Assembly: GCF_009914755.1 (NCBI RefSeq)
Contig: NC_060925.1
DNA: 64,000 nt
Strand: one strand, 5' to 3'
From: the human T2T-CHM13v2.0 reference genome, Homo sapiens
This document shows, in pieces, positions 40,713 to 53,630 of this stretch. The translations under genes were made by a program, and so were the position numbers. The notes under the pieces were generated by a model. That model worked only from the letters and a program-made list of their open reading frames with translations, had not been told where the DNA came from and made no database searches. Position 1 is the stretch's first letter. Each line of letters opens with the position of its first letter.

Positions 40713-41119
40713 AAAAATTAATTTAAAAATTAGATGACATCAAATAAAGTTATTATGGAATAATAAGCACTCAACAAATACTTGATATTATTATATATGT
40801 TATTAAACCCATTTCCAAGTTCAACCTGGTAATTTTCTTTGGCTTTCTCTTTACCAAACTGAGGTCCTTAATCTTCACTAAATGACATCATATCTTCAGC
40901 TTCTCTGGAATATTTTTCGATACTGTCATTACTTTTAGAGCATATTTATAGAAAGCACTCTAAAATAATTCAGTTTAAAGAGGTCAAGCAGATGATGTGT
41001 ATTTAATGCTTCATCAAAAAGTTCAAAATTCTTTACATTTCACCAAAAGTTGCACTGACCTTGCTTTCAAAAATTCATCTTTGTCACCATAAAGTCCATA
41101 TCTGAATCATCTTCCTAAT

Positions 41120-41375
41120 CTAATAATAATAGCTAGAAATTATTTAGTACTTACTATGAGCCAGAGCCTGTTCTAAGCATTTTACTGATAATAACACTTA
41201 AAATTCTCTCAACAACCCTATGCAATAAGTATACTACTCACCCCTTCATCCATGTGGGGAAACTCAGAAACCATGAGTAACATAATTTGCCCAGGGCTAT
41301 ACCACTAGTAAATAGCTAAGGAAAGAAATTAACCCAAACAGTCTGATTCTGAATCCTGGGCTCTTAACCACTCTA
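41120..41375 (-). mobile_element. MIR SINE
   Basis: 'atttagtacttactatgagccag...caacaaccctatg...ctcttaaccact'. Confidence 0.75.
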
Positions 41376-41811
41376 CTAAACATCTTAATGCAAACACTAG
41401 CAGATCCAAGACCTACATTCAGCTTGGCTGTCTTTGTGGCCTGCAGTTACTGAATAACTGTCACATCTATACTTTGCACTGTGTAGGTCTGGCCTCAAAG
41501 TCTGTAGCTCTATCTAGTCCTGCTTGCCACAGCCAGTCATTAAAATCAATATGATTGGGCCATCAGTCACATGATGCTCAATTCTGATTCTCATCAAGAT
41601 CGACAAGAAGAAACTGTGGGTTCATTCAAGTAAGCCACTGTTCCCTCTGCTCACATTAGAAAGGGATTATACAATCTTACCAAGGAAGAAAATAAATCAC
41701 ACATGCAAAAAGAATGCATACAAAGGGGAAAAATACATTTTTTGGCCTCAGTTATCTGCACAGTTAATGTGGGGTTAAGATAGGTATGGAGCCTTTAAAA
41801 TGTAGATTTCA

Positions 41812-42100
41812 GGCTGGATGTGGTAGCTCTCGCCTGTAATCTCAGCACTGTGAGAGGCCAAGGCCGGAGGATCACTTGAGGCCAGGAGTTTAAGACCAGC
41901 CTGGGCAACATAATGAGACCCCATCTCTAGAAAAAAAAATAAAAAAGTAGCCAAGCATGGTGGCTTATTCCTGTAGCCCCAGCTACTCCAGAGGCTGAGG
42001 CTAGAGGATCACTTGAGCCCAGCATTAGAGACTGAAGTGAGCCATGATCATGCCACTGCACTCCAGCCTGGGTGACAGAGTGAGACCCTATCTCTAGAAA
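41812..42100 (+). mobile_element. AluJ SINE
   Basis: Dimeric Alu whose tail is replaced by a GATA repeat. Confidence 0.92.
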
Positions 42101-42107
42101 CTAGATG

Positions 42108-42143
<36 letters not shown>
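42108..42143. repeat. (GATA)9 tetranucleotide STR at Alu tail
   Basis: Read directly; degenerate GATACA units follow to ~42170. Confidence 0.95.
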
Positions 42144-42145
<2 letters not shown>

Positions 42146-43346
42146 GACACAGATACAGATACAGATAGATATATTTCAAGAAAACAATAAAGAATGATGT
42201 ATCCAATTTCAGGAGTAGAATAAAAAGAATTCTTATGCCAATTTGGGTTAATGCAATTAAAATAGCACCATTCATTACTGTGCACAAAGAAGGTCTTGCA
42301 CAAGTCAATTTTAAGGTGTCCACATCCCTAACACTTCACAGACCATTTATTGAATTAGCTTTGTTTCACCACAGATAGAGGCTGTTTGTGTCGTTATGAC
42401 TAAATCTAATAGATTTAAAATATTGTTCTGCCATTCTGACTCCAAGAAACAGTGGTAGCTCTTCAACATTAATCCCTTCAGGTACATGATGTGAAAATAA
42501 TCCAACAATGGACCATGTAAATCTGAATCCCTCTCTACATCTGCCCTAACGACTGAATCCTAACATCCTATACAAATGAAAAGAAAAAGAGCTAAAAAAT
42601 AAATAGTCCTGATTACATTTCTTTTGTATCCACAATCCCTTTTCCTGTGAATTCATTCTAATTTCATTTTGTCCTGCAGCATAAGGGCATAGTTTGTTTT
42701 TCTAGCATGATCTCTGTATTTTTCTTGTAGCTCAGTTGGCTTTGATTTACTTAGGAGAGAACATCCTTTGAGTAAACATTATATGATTTTAAAAATAACA
42801 GAGGCATTATTTGAAACAAAGGTTGGATTGGAAAGTAAATGTAAACTTAAGGTTTAATTACATTTTGTGTCATAATGTAACTTCTTAGCCAGGGATTTAA
42901 AACACTCTACAATTGAGCCCCAACTTGCCTTTCCAGTTTGTTTTCCTTCCTATTACTGGTGTGGCAGAAATTGGGTGGGCCTTGGGGCCAGTTAGATAAT
43001 TTATTCACAAACATTGCTGGGCAAATATTGTGTACAAGTTAGTGTAATAAGTACTTGGGATACAAAAATGGAAAAGATTAACAGTAATAATAAGTAGATG
43101 TTGCTCCATTCCTTTGAGGAGCTCACAGTCTAATAAAAAGAAACATATACAAAAGTGATCACAAAGTATATGAAGTAATAGAAATATGATTAATGTACAG
43201 TGAGATGCCTCCTCTTAGACTTCTCCAAGGCACCCCACATTTAAACTCTCTCCAAACTAATTTTCTTCCAGGTTCCATGCCTCCATGACCACCTTTGCCA
43301 TACATCCAGGAATACTGGAACCATTCTTGACACCTCCCTCTCCCTC

Positions 43347-43432
43347 ATCCTAGAAATATTTTATTTTATTTCATTTCATACCTAATCCTAGAAATATTTT
43401 ATTTCATACCTAATCCTAGAAATACTTTATTT
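43347..43432. repeat. Tandem triplication of a ~28-bp AT-rich unit
   Basis: atcctagaaatattttatttcatacct(a) repeated about 3 times, first copy expanded. Confidence 0.9.
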
Positions 43433-44211
43433 AATCTCCACTATCACAACATTAATTCAATATATCAGAATCTCTTCCCTGAACTAACAAGTCTAGTATC
43501 ATCCAATCAGCTAATACTCAAATTCATTCTTCACACAGTAGCCAAAATGAACTCTTCCAAAAAAAAAAAAAAATCTGATCATGTCTTCTCTATCTCATTT
43601 AAAATGGCATCTCATTCCCCTTAGAACAAAGAGAAATCTCCTTAACATGACTTATGACGTTCTTCAGCGTCTAGCCCCTACCTCTCCTGCCTTATCCTGT
43701 ACCTCACTCTGCCATCCACAGCCCCATTGAACTAGGTTTTTATTCAACCCTTTCATACATCCCAAATTCCCTCTTAATATATGATTTTTGAACCACTGTT
43801 CCCTCTGCCTACAATTCATCTTTCTCATGTGGTTAATTCATCTTTTACATTTTCGCTCATACGTACCAACTTGGTGAAGTCTCCCTTAGTAGGCCTCCTA
43901 TAATGGACTCAAAATTGTACCATTTTTTTCATCTTCATAGTATTTATCACAGTTGCAATTTCACATTTGTCTGTGGGAATCTTTGACTGATGTCTGTCTC
44001 TGCCATTAGACTATAAGCTCCACATGGGCAAGGACCATATCTACTTCTGTTCATTGTGTCCAAGGCGTGGCACAGTGCCTAGAGACACACAAACAATCCA
44101 TTACATTTGTGGAATAAATGAAACAGAGCAAGGAAAGAGTGATGGACTTTGCCTGGGGGAAGGGAGGGATAATGTTACAGCAGAGGTGTCAGCTGTGTCG
44201 GGTCTTGAAGA

Positions 44212-44213
<2 letters not shown>

Positions 44214-44245
<32 letters not shown>
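44214..44245. repeat. (AC)16 microsatellite
   Basis: Read directly from the sequence. Confidence 0.95.
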
Positions 44246-44247
<2 letters not shown>

Positions 44248-44869
44248 ATTTATCAGGCAGAAGGAACACATGAGCAGATACAAAAAGAAATGCAACATTC
44301 TGAAATCGCTCAGTATAACCAAAGCTGTAGGTGTGATCCATTTTGGGGAGGGGAATAGTAAAGTGTCAGAAATGAGGCTGGAGAGATTCCGGGACTAAAC
44401 CACAGAGGAACTTTTGTGCTCTGCAAAGCAATTTGGACTTTTGCCATGGGAAATCACTGAAGGGTTGTAAAAAGGGAGTAAAATGATGATCAGATTTGCA
44501 TTTTAGAAAAATCACTCTCCTGGTAGTGTGAAGGATGTCCTTGATAGGTTGATACTGGAGACAGGGTGACCAGTTAGGTGGCCATCCTACAAGTCTACGT
44601 GAGAGATGATGAGGCATGAACTGAGATAAAAACAGAGGATTAAGTGAAGCGGGCAGTTTCAATAGACATTTAGGAGATGAAAATGACTGGAGATAGAAAG
44701 GAAGGAAAAAGAAAAAGTCAAAGCACACCACCCTGTTCTCTGGACATCTGGGAGGGTGGTGTGGCCATTAACCAAGTCAGGAATGCAAGTTGAGAAGTTA
44801 ACCTGGGAAGATGGCTGAGTATGGTTTTAAATCCACTGGGATTTAACATCGGAGAGCCAGATTCTTGTG

Positions 44870-45290
44870 CCAGAAAGAAAACTATCTTCTGAAATGATTT
44901 TTCCTCCTATTTCATCTAATAATGTTTCAGCCAAGAACATAACCACCTACTAGTGACCACATTATAAAGCCTCCCTTGCAGCTAGATGTGGCCATATGAC
45001 TAAGTTCTTGATGGTGTAATAGGAGCAGAAGAAGGCAACCTCTGTGCCATTTGCTTAAAAGGAAATTGCTTGTCCTGAATTTCTGTTCAGATAACCACGA
45101 GTTAGGTTAACTATGCAAATGACACAACACCTTAGAGGAAGGCAGGGAAGCAATATGGAGATAAAGCAGATGGGCCAGATCAATCATTCCTCTTTTTGGA
45201 CCACTTATTCTGTGAGAAAGAAACTGCTTATTTAATCCATTATATATTGGAGTTCCATTTTTAAGGGATCTTCTTTTATATGCTAAATAA
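44870..45290 (+). mobile_element. Old MLT1-family LTR fragment
   Basis: 'gcctcccttgcagctagatgtggccatatgactaagttct'. Confidence 0.65.
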
Positions 45291-45612
45291 TATAGACTTT
45301 CAAGTAGAGATATCCAAGAGACAACTGCCAACACTGGTCTGGTTCTCCAGAGGCCTAGGCTGACAAGGGAGCACTAATATAAATTAGCATGTAGACAGTA
45401 GTAGTTTAAACCATGGGAATAGACCAGAAAAAGAAAAGCAATCTGAAGACATACCTGGATTTGCATCCTGGCCCCACCTCCTATTAGTTATGTGATTTTG
45501 ACTAAGTTACCTCTAAAAGCCTATATTCTATAGGCCTGTAATGATACCTGTATTAAGGTATCTAACTGCTACAAAATATCAATCATCACATCTCAGTAGC
45601 TTAATACATTGA

Positions 45613-46086
<474 letters not shown>

Positions 46087-46538
46087 AGCACACACACTTC
46101 TTAACCACTTTAGCCCAGAAGTGACATATATATTTCGTTGTTGAGAGCAACTATTTGATCCCAACTTGATGCAAAACAGCCTAGGAAATGTCATCCGCCT
46201 AGCAGTCACTTCCCAGCAGAAATGCTAACCAATGGAAATGGTGCATGAATCTTTAGTGAAGCAGTGGCTTCAATAATATTCTGCTCTGTTTCTCGTGGAA
46301 ATGAAAAGGAATAGATGATATACCTAACAGTATATCATGCCTAAGGGGTCCTACATAATGTTAGCACTCATCTTCTGCCTTGTCATTCTCCTCCCTCCTC
46401 CATCCTTTACACACTTGTATTATGTCCCAAATAGGCCTTCAATTTTCCCATTTCAGTGTATTAATTACATTCTTGCCTTTGTATACAAAATTTTAAGCAC
46501 AATTCTTCCTTTTTCTGCTCCACCAGTTCCACCTCTTT

Positions 46539-47030
46539 ACATGCACATGTATGTTCATTGCAGCACTATTCACAATAACAAAGACATGGAACCAACCCAA
46601 ATGCTGATCAATGATAGACTGGTTAAAGAAAATATGGTACATATACACCATGGAATGCTATACAACCATAAAAAAGAATGAGATCATGTCCTTCGCAGGG
46701 GCATGGATGAAGCTGGAAGCCATTATCCTCAGCAAACTAATGCAGGAAAAGAAAAACAAACACCACATGTTCTCACTTATAAGTGGGAGCTGAACAATGA
46801 TAACACATGGACACAGGGAGGGGAAAAACACACACTGGAGCCTGTTAGGGGAGAGTAGGGGGGCAGCAAGAGCATTAGGGAAAAGAGCTAATGCATGCTG
46901 GGCTTAATATCTGGATGATGGGTTGATAGGTGCAACTAACCACTATGGCACACGCTCACCTATGTAACAAACCTGCACATCTCGCACATGTACCCCAGAG
47001 CTTAAAAAAGTAAAGTAATAATTTTTAAAA
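46539..47030 (+). mobile_element. L1PA LINE, 5'-truncated (ORF2 C-terminus and 3' UTR)
   Basis: ORF 46611-46793 'WLKKIWYIYTMECYTTIKKNEIMSFAGAWMKLEAIILSKL' is the L1 ORF2 end; 'atgtaacaaacctgcacat' is L1 3' UTR. Confidence 0.93.
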
Positions 47031-50000
47031 ATACCCATTTTAAAAGACTAGTCTCAAAGCAATCTCCTGGAATAAGCTTTCTCTAATTCTTCATGAGCAG
47101 ATGAAACACCTTTGAGCCACTATCACACCACATATAACCTTTACATTTAGCACTTTCCAGATGTTGGTTTGATATAACAATATGTGCACTCACCTTCCCT
47201 GACTACCTCTGAGCCTAAGATGTAAGCTCCCTGAAGGCAGCAATTGCATTTAACTCCTCTTTGTTCAAAGTGATTAAAAGAGTAAACTGAATCTAGACTT
47301 TGAACGGAAGACACCAACACTTAGAGATTTGAGGTCTCCTAGCAATGAATGAAGAAATAAACATTTATTCCACAACTCTGGAAAGGAGGAAAAAAGCAGT
47401 TTGTCTCAAGTATTTACTCAGGTGATGACTACCTAAATTACTGGGATAGTACTATATTTCTTGATTTTACCTTGTAAATCCATGAGGAAGCATGTGTGGC
47501 AAGACCTGCTCATGAATAAAGCATGTACTTAACGAACAATAAAGCAACATATCTTTAAATATTATGATCCCTAAGAAAAACAAACAGTTCTGAAGAGGCT
47601 TCCTTAAGAACTCTCCACGTGCATGAATCAAGGTGGTGATGTGGCAGTTTTCTGGGTAATTTGATAAATGTCAACAACCAAACTATTTAAATCCATCCAT
47701 CAGATGAATACACCACTCTTGAGTTATCTGAACACTTGCCAGGTCACTTTGTTCTACTTAGATATAGCCACTGCCTGAGGAAAAGAAAAAGAAAGAAAAA
47801 AACCAAGGTAATCGGGCTTAGGTAGCTCACTGAAAATGCCTGTATTTTCCTTTATCCACCAATGGTCCTCATAAAAGTAGGCAATACATAGAAAGGAGGT
47901 ATGTTTCAGCAAAGAAACTCATTCTATGCCCCTAGCCAAAGGTTGAGTATCCCTCAAATAATACACAGCTTCTGTGTAAAGAGATGGTATATGATCCCTT
48001 CTCATGCTGCCCTTCTCACACCAAATGGTCTAAAATGGCCTCAGAATTCCTGAAGGATGCTAAAACAACCCTTCTGTCTTAACCATCACCCAGCTGAAGA
48101 GACCAGAGACATATCCAGGGATCCACTCCATTTCTAAATTCTCACTCCAGGGCCTCTGAAGACAGCTCAGGGCTGATCTGTATCAAGTCTGCCCATTCCC
48201 TATCCTAGATCCCAGTGCTTGCTAGGTTATCAGAACAATACTACACTGGGGAGGGAGGGCAGTGGGACTCCATTTTTATAATATACTCTATATCCATACC
48301 AGTACCACAAGTGTACTGGGCCTTCCAGGGGTCACAGGATTTCACTGGAGTATCCTGTACAGCACTAGACCTAGCAGTTGTTGTCTGTACAAAGGATGCT
48401 GTGATAAATCTGGAAAACATTACATACCATAGTCCTCTCTCAGATATTTGCAGTACATAATAGTACATACTAGACTCTGAAACATCCTATAGTGAAGAAA
48501 TCTGTTGAATCCATTGTTTCACAAATGTATTTGTCTACAAGAAAAATCTTCAGACAAAACACTTGTTGACATCTTCCCTCCATAGATTGTGAGTTGGTTC
48601 CATGAGGTCAGGAACCATGCCATTTTGGTCATTTCTTTTCCTCAAGTGCTTAACATAGTATTTGATACTTTAATAAATATTTGACAAATTAATGAATATT
48701 GTATGGAAGTAGGGTCCCAAAGAACCAGCTTTGTAAAACTATATGATAAAAACATGGCATATCTATGGAACACCTCAAGTAAGAACAACCTCACTGAACT
48801 GGAAGATCACTTTGAATCTATTTAAATCCCAACATGTAAGGCAACATTAAAAATATGTTGGTATTTATTATTATCATATGTGGTCAGACAACTTCTTCTT
48901 TCCTCTCAAACTATCTTTTCTTAGTATCAAATAAATCTAACTAAATATTTCAAGATGTTTGGTGTCTAGATCCCTGATGCTTGAATTTGCTGTGTATGAG
49001 AACCTCTTGTGGGTATTATTGAAATTTCTGAGGCCCAGGGATTCAGTATTTCTAGAGCAGGGCCCAGGGCTCTACATTTTACACAAATAACCCAGGTCAC
49101 TCTGTCATAGGGTTTTGGATGGAATGCACTCTCAGAAAAGCTGATCAAGAGATATTGTGGTAGAGGAGGCCTGAACTTGTTATCAGAGGCCTAGCTTTGA
49201 GTCTCAGCTCTGCATCCAGACTAGTTGTGCGGTCATGGGCAGTAATCTCTAAGCCTCACTTTCCTCTCTGTGGGATTCAAAATATGTTTCTTTACCTACC
49301 TACCTAGCTACCTACCTAGCTACCTACCCACCCACCCCGTAGCACCATGTAGGAAAAAAGTATCTATAAAACCCTGCCTTGAAGCCTAACAGATACTTAA
49401 CACATGTTGTTCAATAAATCAATAAATTTGCAGTTATTTCAACATTCTATAATATTAAACAAATTATATCACGCCAAGTGGTACAGTGCAGAAAGGTTTT
49501 CTGCTGGTTATTTAGACATAGATAAAATGCCTGAACCAACTGTGCTGTATACACCCATGCCATAAGCCTGGCAAATCCCATAGTACACTTGGCCCATGTT
49601 TATGGAAATATTGTTGGCCAAATCATGGTGAGGGTCAAGCTATATGACATTGGTCACAACACATAGAATATTAAAATATTTCTTCTGCTTGGTACCAGAT
49701 CTTCAAAAAGCAGACTCTTTAATCTTAAGTAGGCAAACAGCAGGAATTAACTTGGCTTGGTATAGACACACCTACAAAGGGAAGGTTCCTGCTAATCGAG
49801 TATCCTCATCAATAATAATTAACAATTGTTAAAAAATTAGAGTGCATTGGAATACATGTAATGATAATATGGTACTCTGCATATCCAATTATCTCTCCAT
49901 TCAAGAGACCTTTCTGGAGCCCACAGTACTCAGGCTAATTGCTATGAACACTGCCCAACTGCATTGCATGAATACTTTGAAAGCATTAGACATTGGATTG

Positions 50001-50684
50001 ATTGTTTCCCAAATTTGTGGCATATTCTGAAGCCTGCCTTTTGAAATAGATGTGATATTACTTATTATTTACCTTTTGTGCATAAAATAAGGAAATAAAT
50101 TCTATAACTGAAAAATCTCTGCCTAAAAGATTAATTATTAGAGATTTCCAATTACGGGGTGTCAACTATACTCACGGTATATTGATTTATATCCATTTGC
50201 TTTTTGTGTTGGTGTTTCTTACTCTTCTGATTTTAAACACTTAATTGTAACTGCTTGTTCGAAGTCTCATTGCTCTGTGATTAATGCTAACAGCAAGAGA
50301 ACTTTGCAAAGCTAAACTTGTGCCACAATGTTCATTTTCTATGTTTATTATTGCCTTTTGCTTATATGTTTTGGTTATAAGCTATTTTTCATGCCTGTGT
50401 CTTATGTTAGCAGTAACAAACGTGATTAATGACAGGACTTATGCAGGTAAACAGGTGAATAAATCATGCCAAGTTTGGTGACCCCATCAAAAGATGGCCT
50501 TGAAAACTCACCTCCAGCTGATGGTTGCCATAAGAGAATGCAGGAGAGCAGCCACAGCATTGCTAGACCTTCCAGTGTTTCAAGAGAAGTCTAATGCATA
50601 ATAGGTACTCGATAAGTATTTGTTGATTCAATACAGAGATTCAGATTTTCATCTGAAATCCCTGGATTATTTTATTCTAAGCAA

Positions 50685-50930
50685 CATAATGTGGTAAGTA
50701 ACTGAGAACATGGACTCTTGAATCAGACTGCCTGACTTAAAAACCCAGCTCTGCCACTCATCAGCTGTATGACCTCGGGCAAGTTATAGAAAAACTCCCT
50801 GCCTCAGTTTTCTAACTTGTAAAATGGGGGAAAATAATAGTACCTACTTTGTGGAACTGTTTCAGTTAATTTTAAAATATTTTTAAAATCTTGGGAGAAT
50901 ATCTGGTAGAATGTAAGAGCTACGTTAAAA
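50685..50930 (+). mobile_element. MIR SINE
   Basis: 'gaatcagactgcctg...cagctctgccactcatcagctgtatgacctcgggcaagtta...gtaaaatgggg'. Confidence 0.8.
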
Positions 50931-51989
50931 AGGAAACACACTAAAGCTTCCATTTTTTTAAATAAATATGTCTCATATGTAGAAAACATTTTCACATATG
51001 TTATTCCTTTTTGTCCCCACAATAATTATCAGATAAAGGTGTTATTCTGCAGATAAGGAAAGAGAATTTCCCTTGGGATCCCTCAGATGTTTTCAGGTGA
51101 CAGCCACACATGTGCTCGCTGGCCACGCAAGAGCACTGTGCACAGGTACTTAGGCAGTATCCAGGGGTTTGCCCATTAGCACACTCCATAAAATGACAAA
51201 TGCAGAAATTTGATCCAAGACCACTAGTGGACAAAATCGGAGGTCTCCAAACCAGTGTCCACCATAAGTCTTCTTACTCAATAACTAACTAATTAAAATA
51301 AAATGAAGATCTCATCCAAACCACTGCATTCGTTGTTTTCAATCAATAAATTAATTACCTAAAAGCAACCAATTTAAAACAATAAGCAAAGCCTTTACAT
51401 TTAATAATGTCCATTGATATCCTTACTCTTTTATTAAGTTTTGTCTTAAAAATGTTTTGCAATGATTTAGTTTCTCTGCTCTCTGACTCCAAGAACTTTC
51501 TCTCAGTAACTTTACAAGCATGTCATCTGACTACTGTGGCCTATGTGTTAGAAACTGCTAAATTAGAAACACCCTGTCAACCTTTTGATTTTCCTGGTTA
51601 TTGTTGGTTTAAGGCAGCTCCTTAATGTTATTTAAACAGAGGAGACTATTTGAAATTTCTTGGTAGATGAATTTGATAATGATAATTTAAAAAAAAATAA
51701 CTACTGTCATCCTGAGATAAAAGATCTCATTCATAGGCTAGACACCTTATCTGAATAACTCAGGACTTCTTCGAAGAAAAAGGTCAGTGTAGCCCCACCT
51801 GTTTCCTTTTCTTGAACAGCAATAACTTTACATACTCCCTGATAATCTGCATTTGGTAAAGTTGATTGGGCATTAAAGAAGTGTCTTCTCTTTACTTGGG
51901 TTTTAAATTTTTGTTTTGTGTTATGTTTAATCTGAGTCTTTTCATGGATGTGTAATGTCTTTATTGTTAAAAATAACTACTGCTATCTC

Positions 51990-52072
51990 CTCAGGCGGAG
52001 GTAGGAGGATCACTTAAGCCCAGAAGTTGGAGACCAGCCTGGGCAACATAATGAGACCCCAGTCTCAAAAAC
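51990..52072 (+). mobile_element. Alu monomer fragment (FLAM-like)
   Basis: 'ggcggaggtaggaggatcacttaagcccagaagttggagaccagcctgggcaacata'. Confidence 0.8.
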
Positions 52073-52079
52073 ATACTAC

Positions 52080-53095
52080 TGGGAATTCATCAAAATTAAA
52101 AACTTCTATGAATAACAGAGCACTATCAACAAAGTATTAAAAAAACCCACAGAATAAGAGAAAATACAAATATTTGCAAATCCTATATCTTAGGATTTAA
52201 TATTCGGAATATATAAAGAACTCTTACAACTCAACAACAAAGAGACAAAAGTCCCAATTTAAAAATCGTCAAGACTCTGAATAGACATTTCTCCAAAGAG
52301 AATATACAAATGGTCAATAAGCACATGAAAATATACTTGGCATCATTAGTTACTAGGAAAATACAAATCGAAACAACAGTGAATTACCACTTACACCCAC
52401 TAGTATGGCTATCAGAAATAAAAGGAAAATAAATGTTGATGAGGAATGGAGAAATTAAATCCCACATACATTTTTAATGGGAATGTAAAATTATGCAGCT
52501 GCTGTGGAAAGAAGTATGGTTGGTTCCTAAACAAAGTTGGACCCAAGAGAGCAGAAAACATATGTTTAAACAAAACTTTGTACACAGGTGTTCACAGCAG
52601 CATTATTCATAATAACCAAAAAGTGGAAGCAACCCAAATGCCTATCAGCTGATGAATGTGTAAACAAAAGGTGATATATCCATAATATTGAATACTATTC
52701 AGCGATAAAGAGGGATGAAGAACTGACTCATGTTACAATATGGATGAACCTTCATAACAAATGAAGTTATATGAAGATAATAAGAGAAAGAAGCCAGATA
52801 CAAAAGGCCAAATGTTAAATGATTCCAACTATAAAATGTCCAGAATAGGCAAACCCATAGAGACAGAAAGCAGATTAAGGCTTGACAGTGGCTGAAGGGG
52901 AGGGAAGAATGAGGAGTGACTGTTTACAGGATGAGGCTTCCCTTTGGAGTGATAAAAATGTTCTGGATTCAGATGGCGACGAAGGTTGCACATCATGGTG
53001 AATGTTAAAAAAAAAAGCCACTGAATTATATTGCTTAAAATAGTTATAATGATAAATGTGATGTTACGTGAAGTTTACCTCATTAAAAAGTAAAT
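52080..53095 (+). mobile_element. Old L1M LINE 3' fragment
   Basis: 'atatataaagaactcttacaactcaacaac', 'gaatagacatttctccaaag', 'gtccagaataggcaaacccatagagacagaaag'. Confidence 0.88.
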
Positions 53096-53321
53096 ATTAA
53101 CTTGAACCCCCAGCAGAAGAAGCAAAAAGCTTCTTCTTCCTATACAAAATAATTTCACACAATATATCACCCAAATGATTTTAAGGAGTGGAATACTACA
53201 TCTAGAAGATAGCAGCTGACAAGTTGTCCTTATTCCCTTTATTTCATTGTGCCACTTATCATTTGCCCTTTGATCTTGAATATCATTTTTGGTTTGTCAC
53301 ATTGATAGCAGAAACTGCAAC

Positions 53322-53630
53322 TTTACTTATTTACCTATTTATAGAGAGAGGGGGTCTCACTATGTTGTGCAGGCTGGAGTGCAGCAGTGGGATCCTAGCT
53401 CACTGCAGCCTTGAACTCTGGAGCTCAAGCTATCTTCCTGCCTCAGCCTCCTGAGTAGCTCGGACTACAGGCATGCACCACCATGCCTGGCTAATTTTTC
53501 TTTTTCTTTTTTTAGACAAGGGATCTTGCTATGTTGCTCAGGCTGGTCTTGAACTCCTAGCTTCAAGCAATTCTCTCTCCTGGGCCTCCCAAAGAGCTGG
53601 GACTGCAGGTGTGAGCCACTGCACTGGTCC
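53322..53630 (-). mobile_element. AluJ SINE
   Basis: 'ggctggagtgcagcagtgggatcctagctcactgcagccttgaactc...gtgagccactgcactggtcc'. Confidence 0.9.

Larger units (their letters stand above)
38887..41617. repeat. Perfect 21-bp dispersed inverted repeat (38887-38907 / 41597-41617)
   Basis: acagtttcttcttgtcgatct and its exact reverse complement agatcgacaagaagaaactgt. Confidence 0.93.
42995..44850. mobile_element. Nested L2 LINEs: minus-strand L2 interrupted by plus-strand L2 (~43205-44121)
   Basis: Minus L2 'gaggagctcacagtcta', 'atcagatttgcattttagaaaaatcactct'; plus L2 'tctgatcatgtc', 'tagactataagctcc...gaataaatgaa'. Confidence 0.7.

Noticed and set aside
42331-42346. acacttcacagaccat resembling part of the 95-bp duplicated segment
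   Set aside because: Only 16 bp with two gaps; compatible with chance
43347-43432. ~28-bp repeats that superficially suggest a CRISPR array
   Set aside because: Head-to-tail units with no unique spacers, inside a mammalian L2, and no cas genes
46337-46793. ORFs resembling a real protein
   Set aside because: Decayed L1 ORF2 C-terminus in a truncated L1PA
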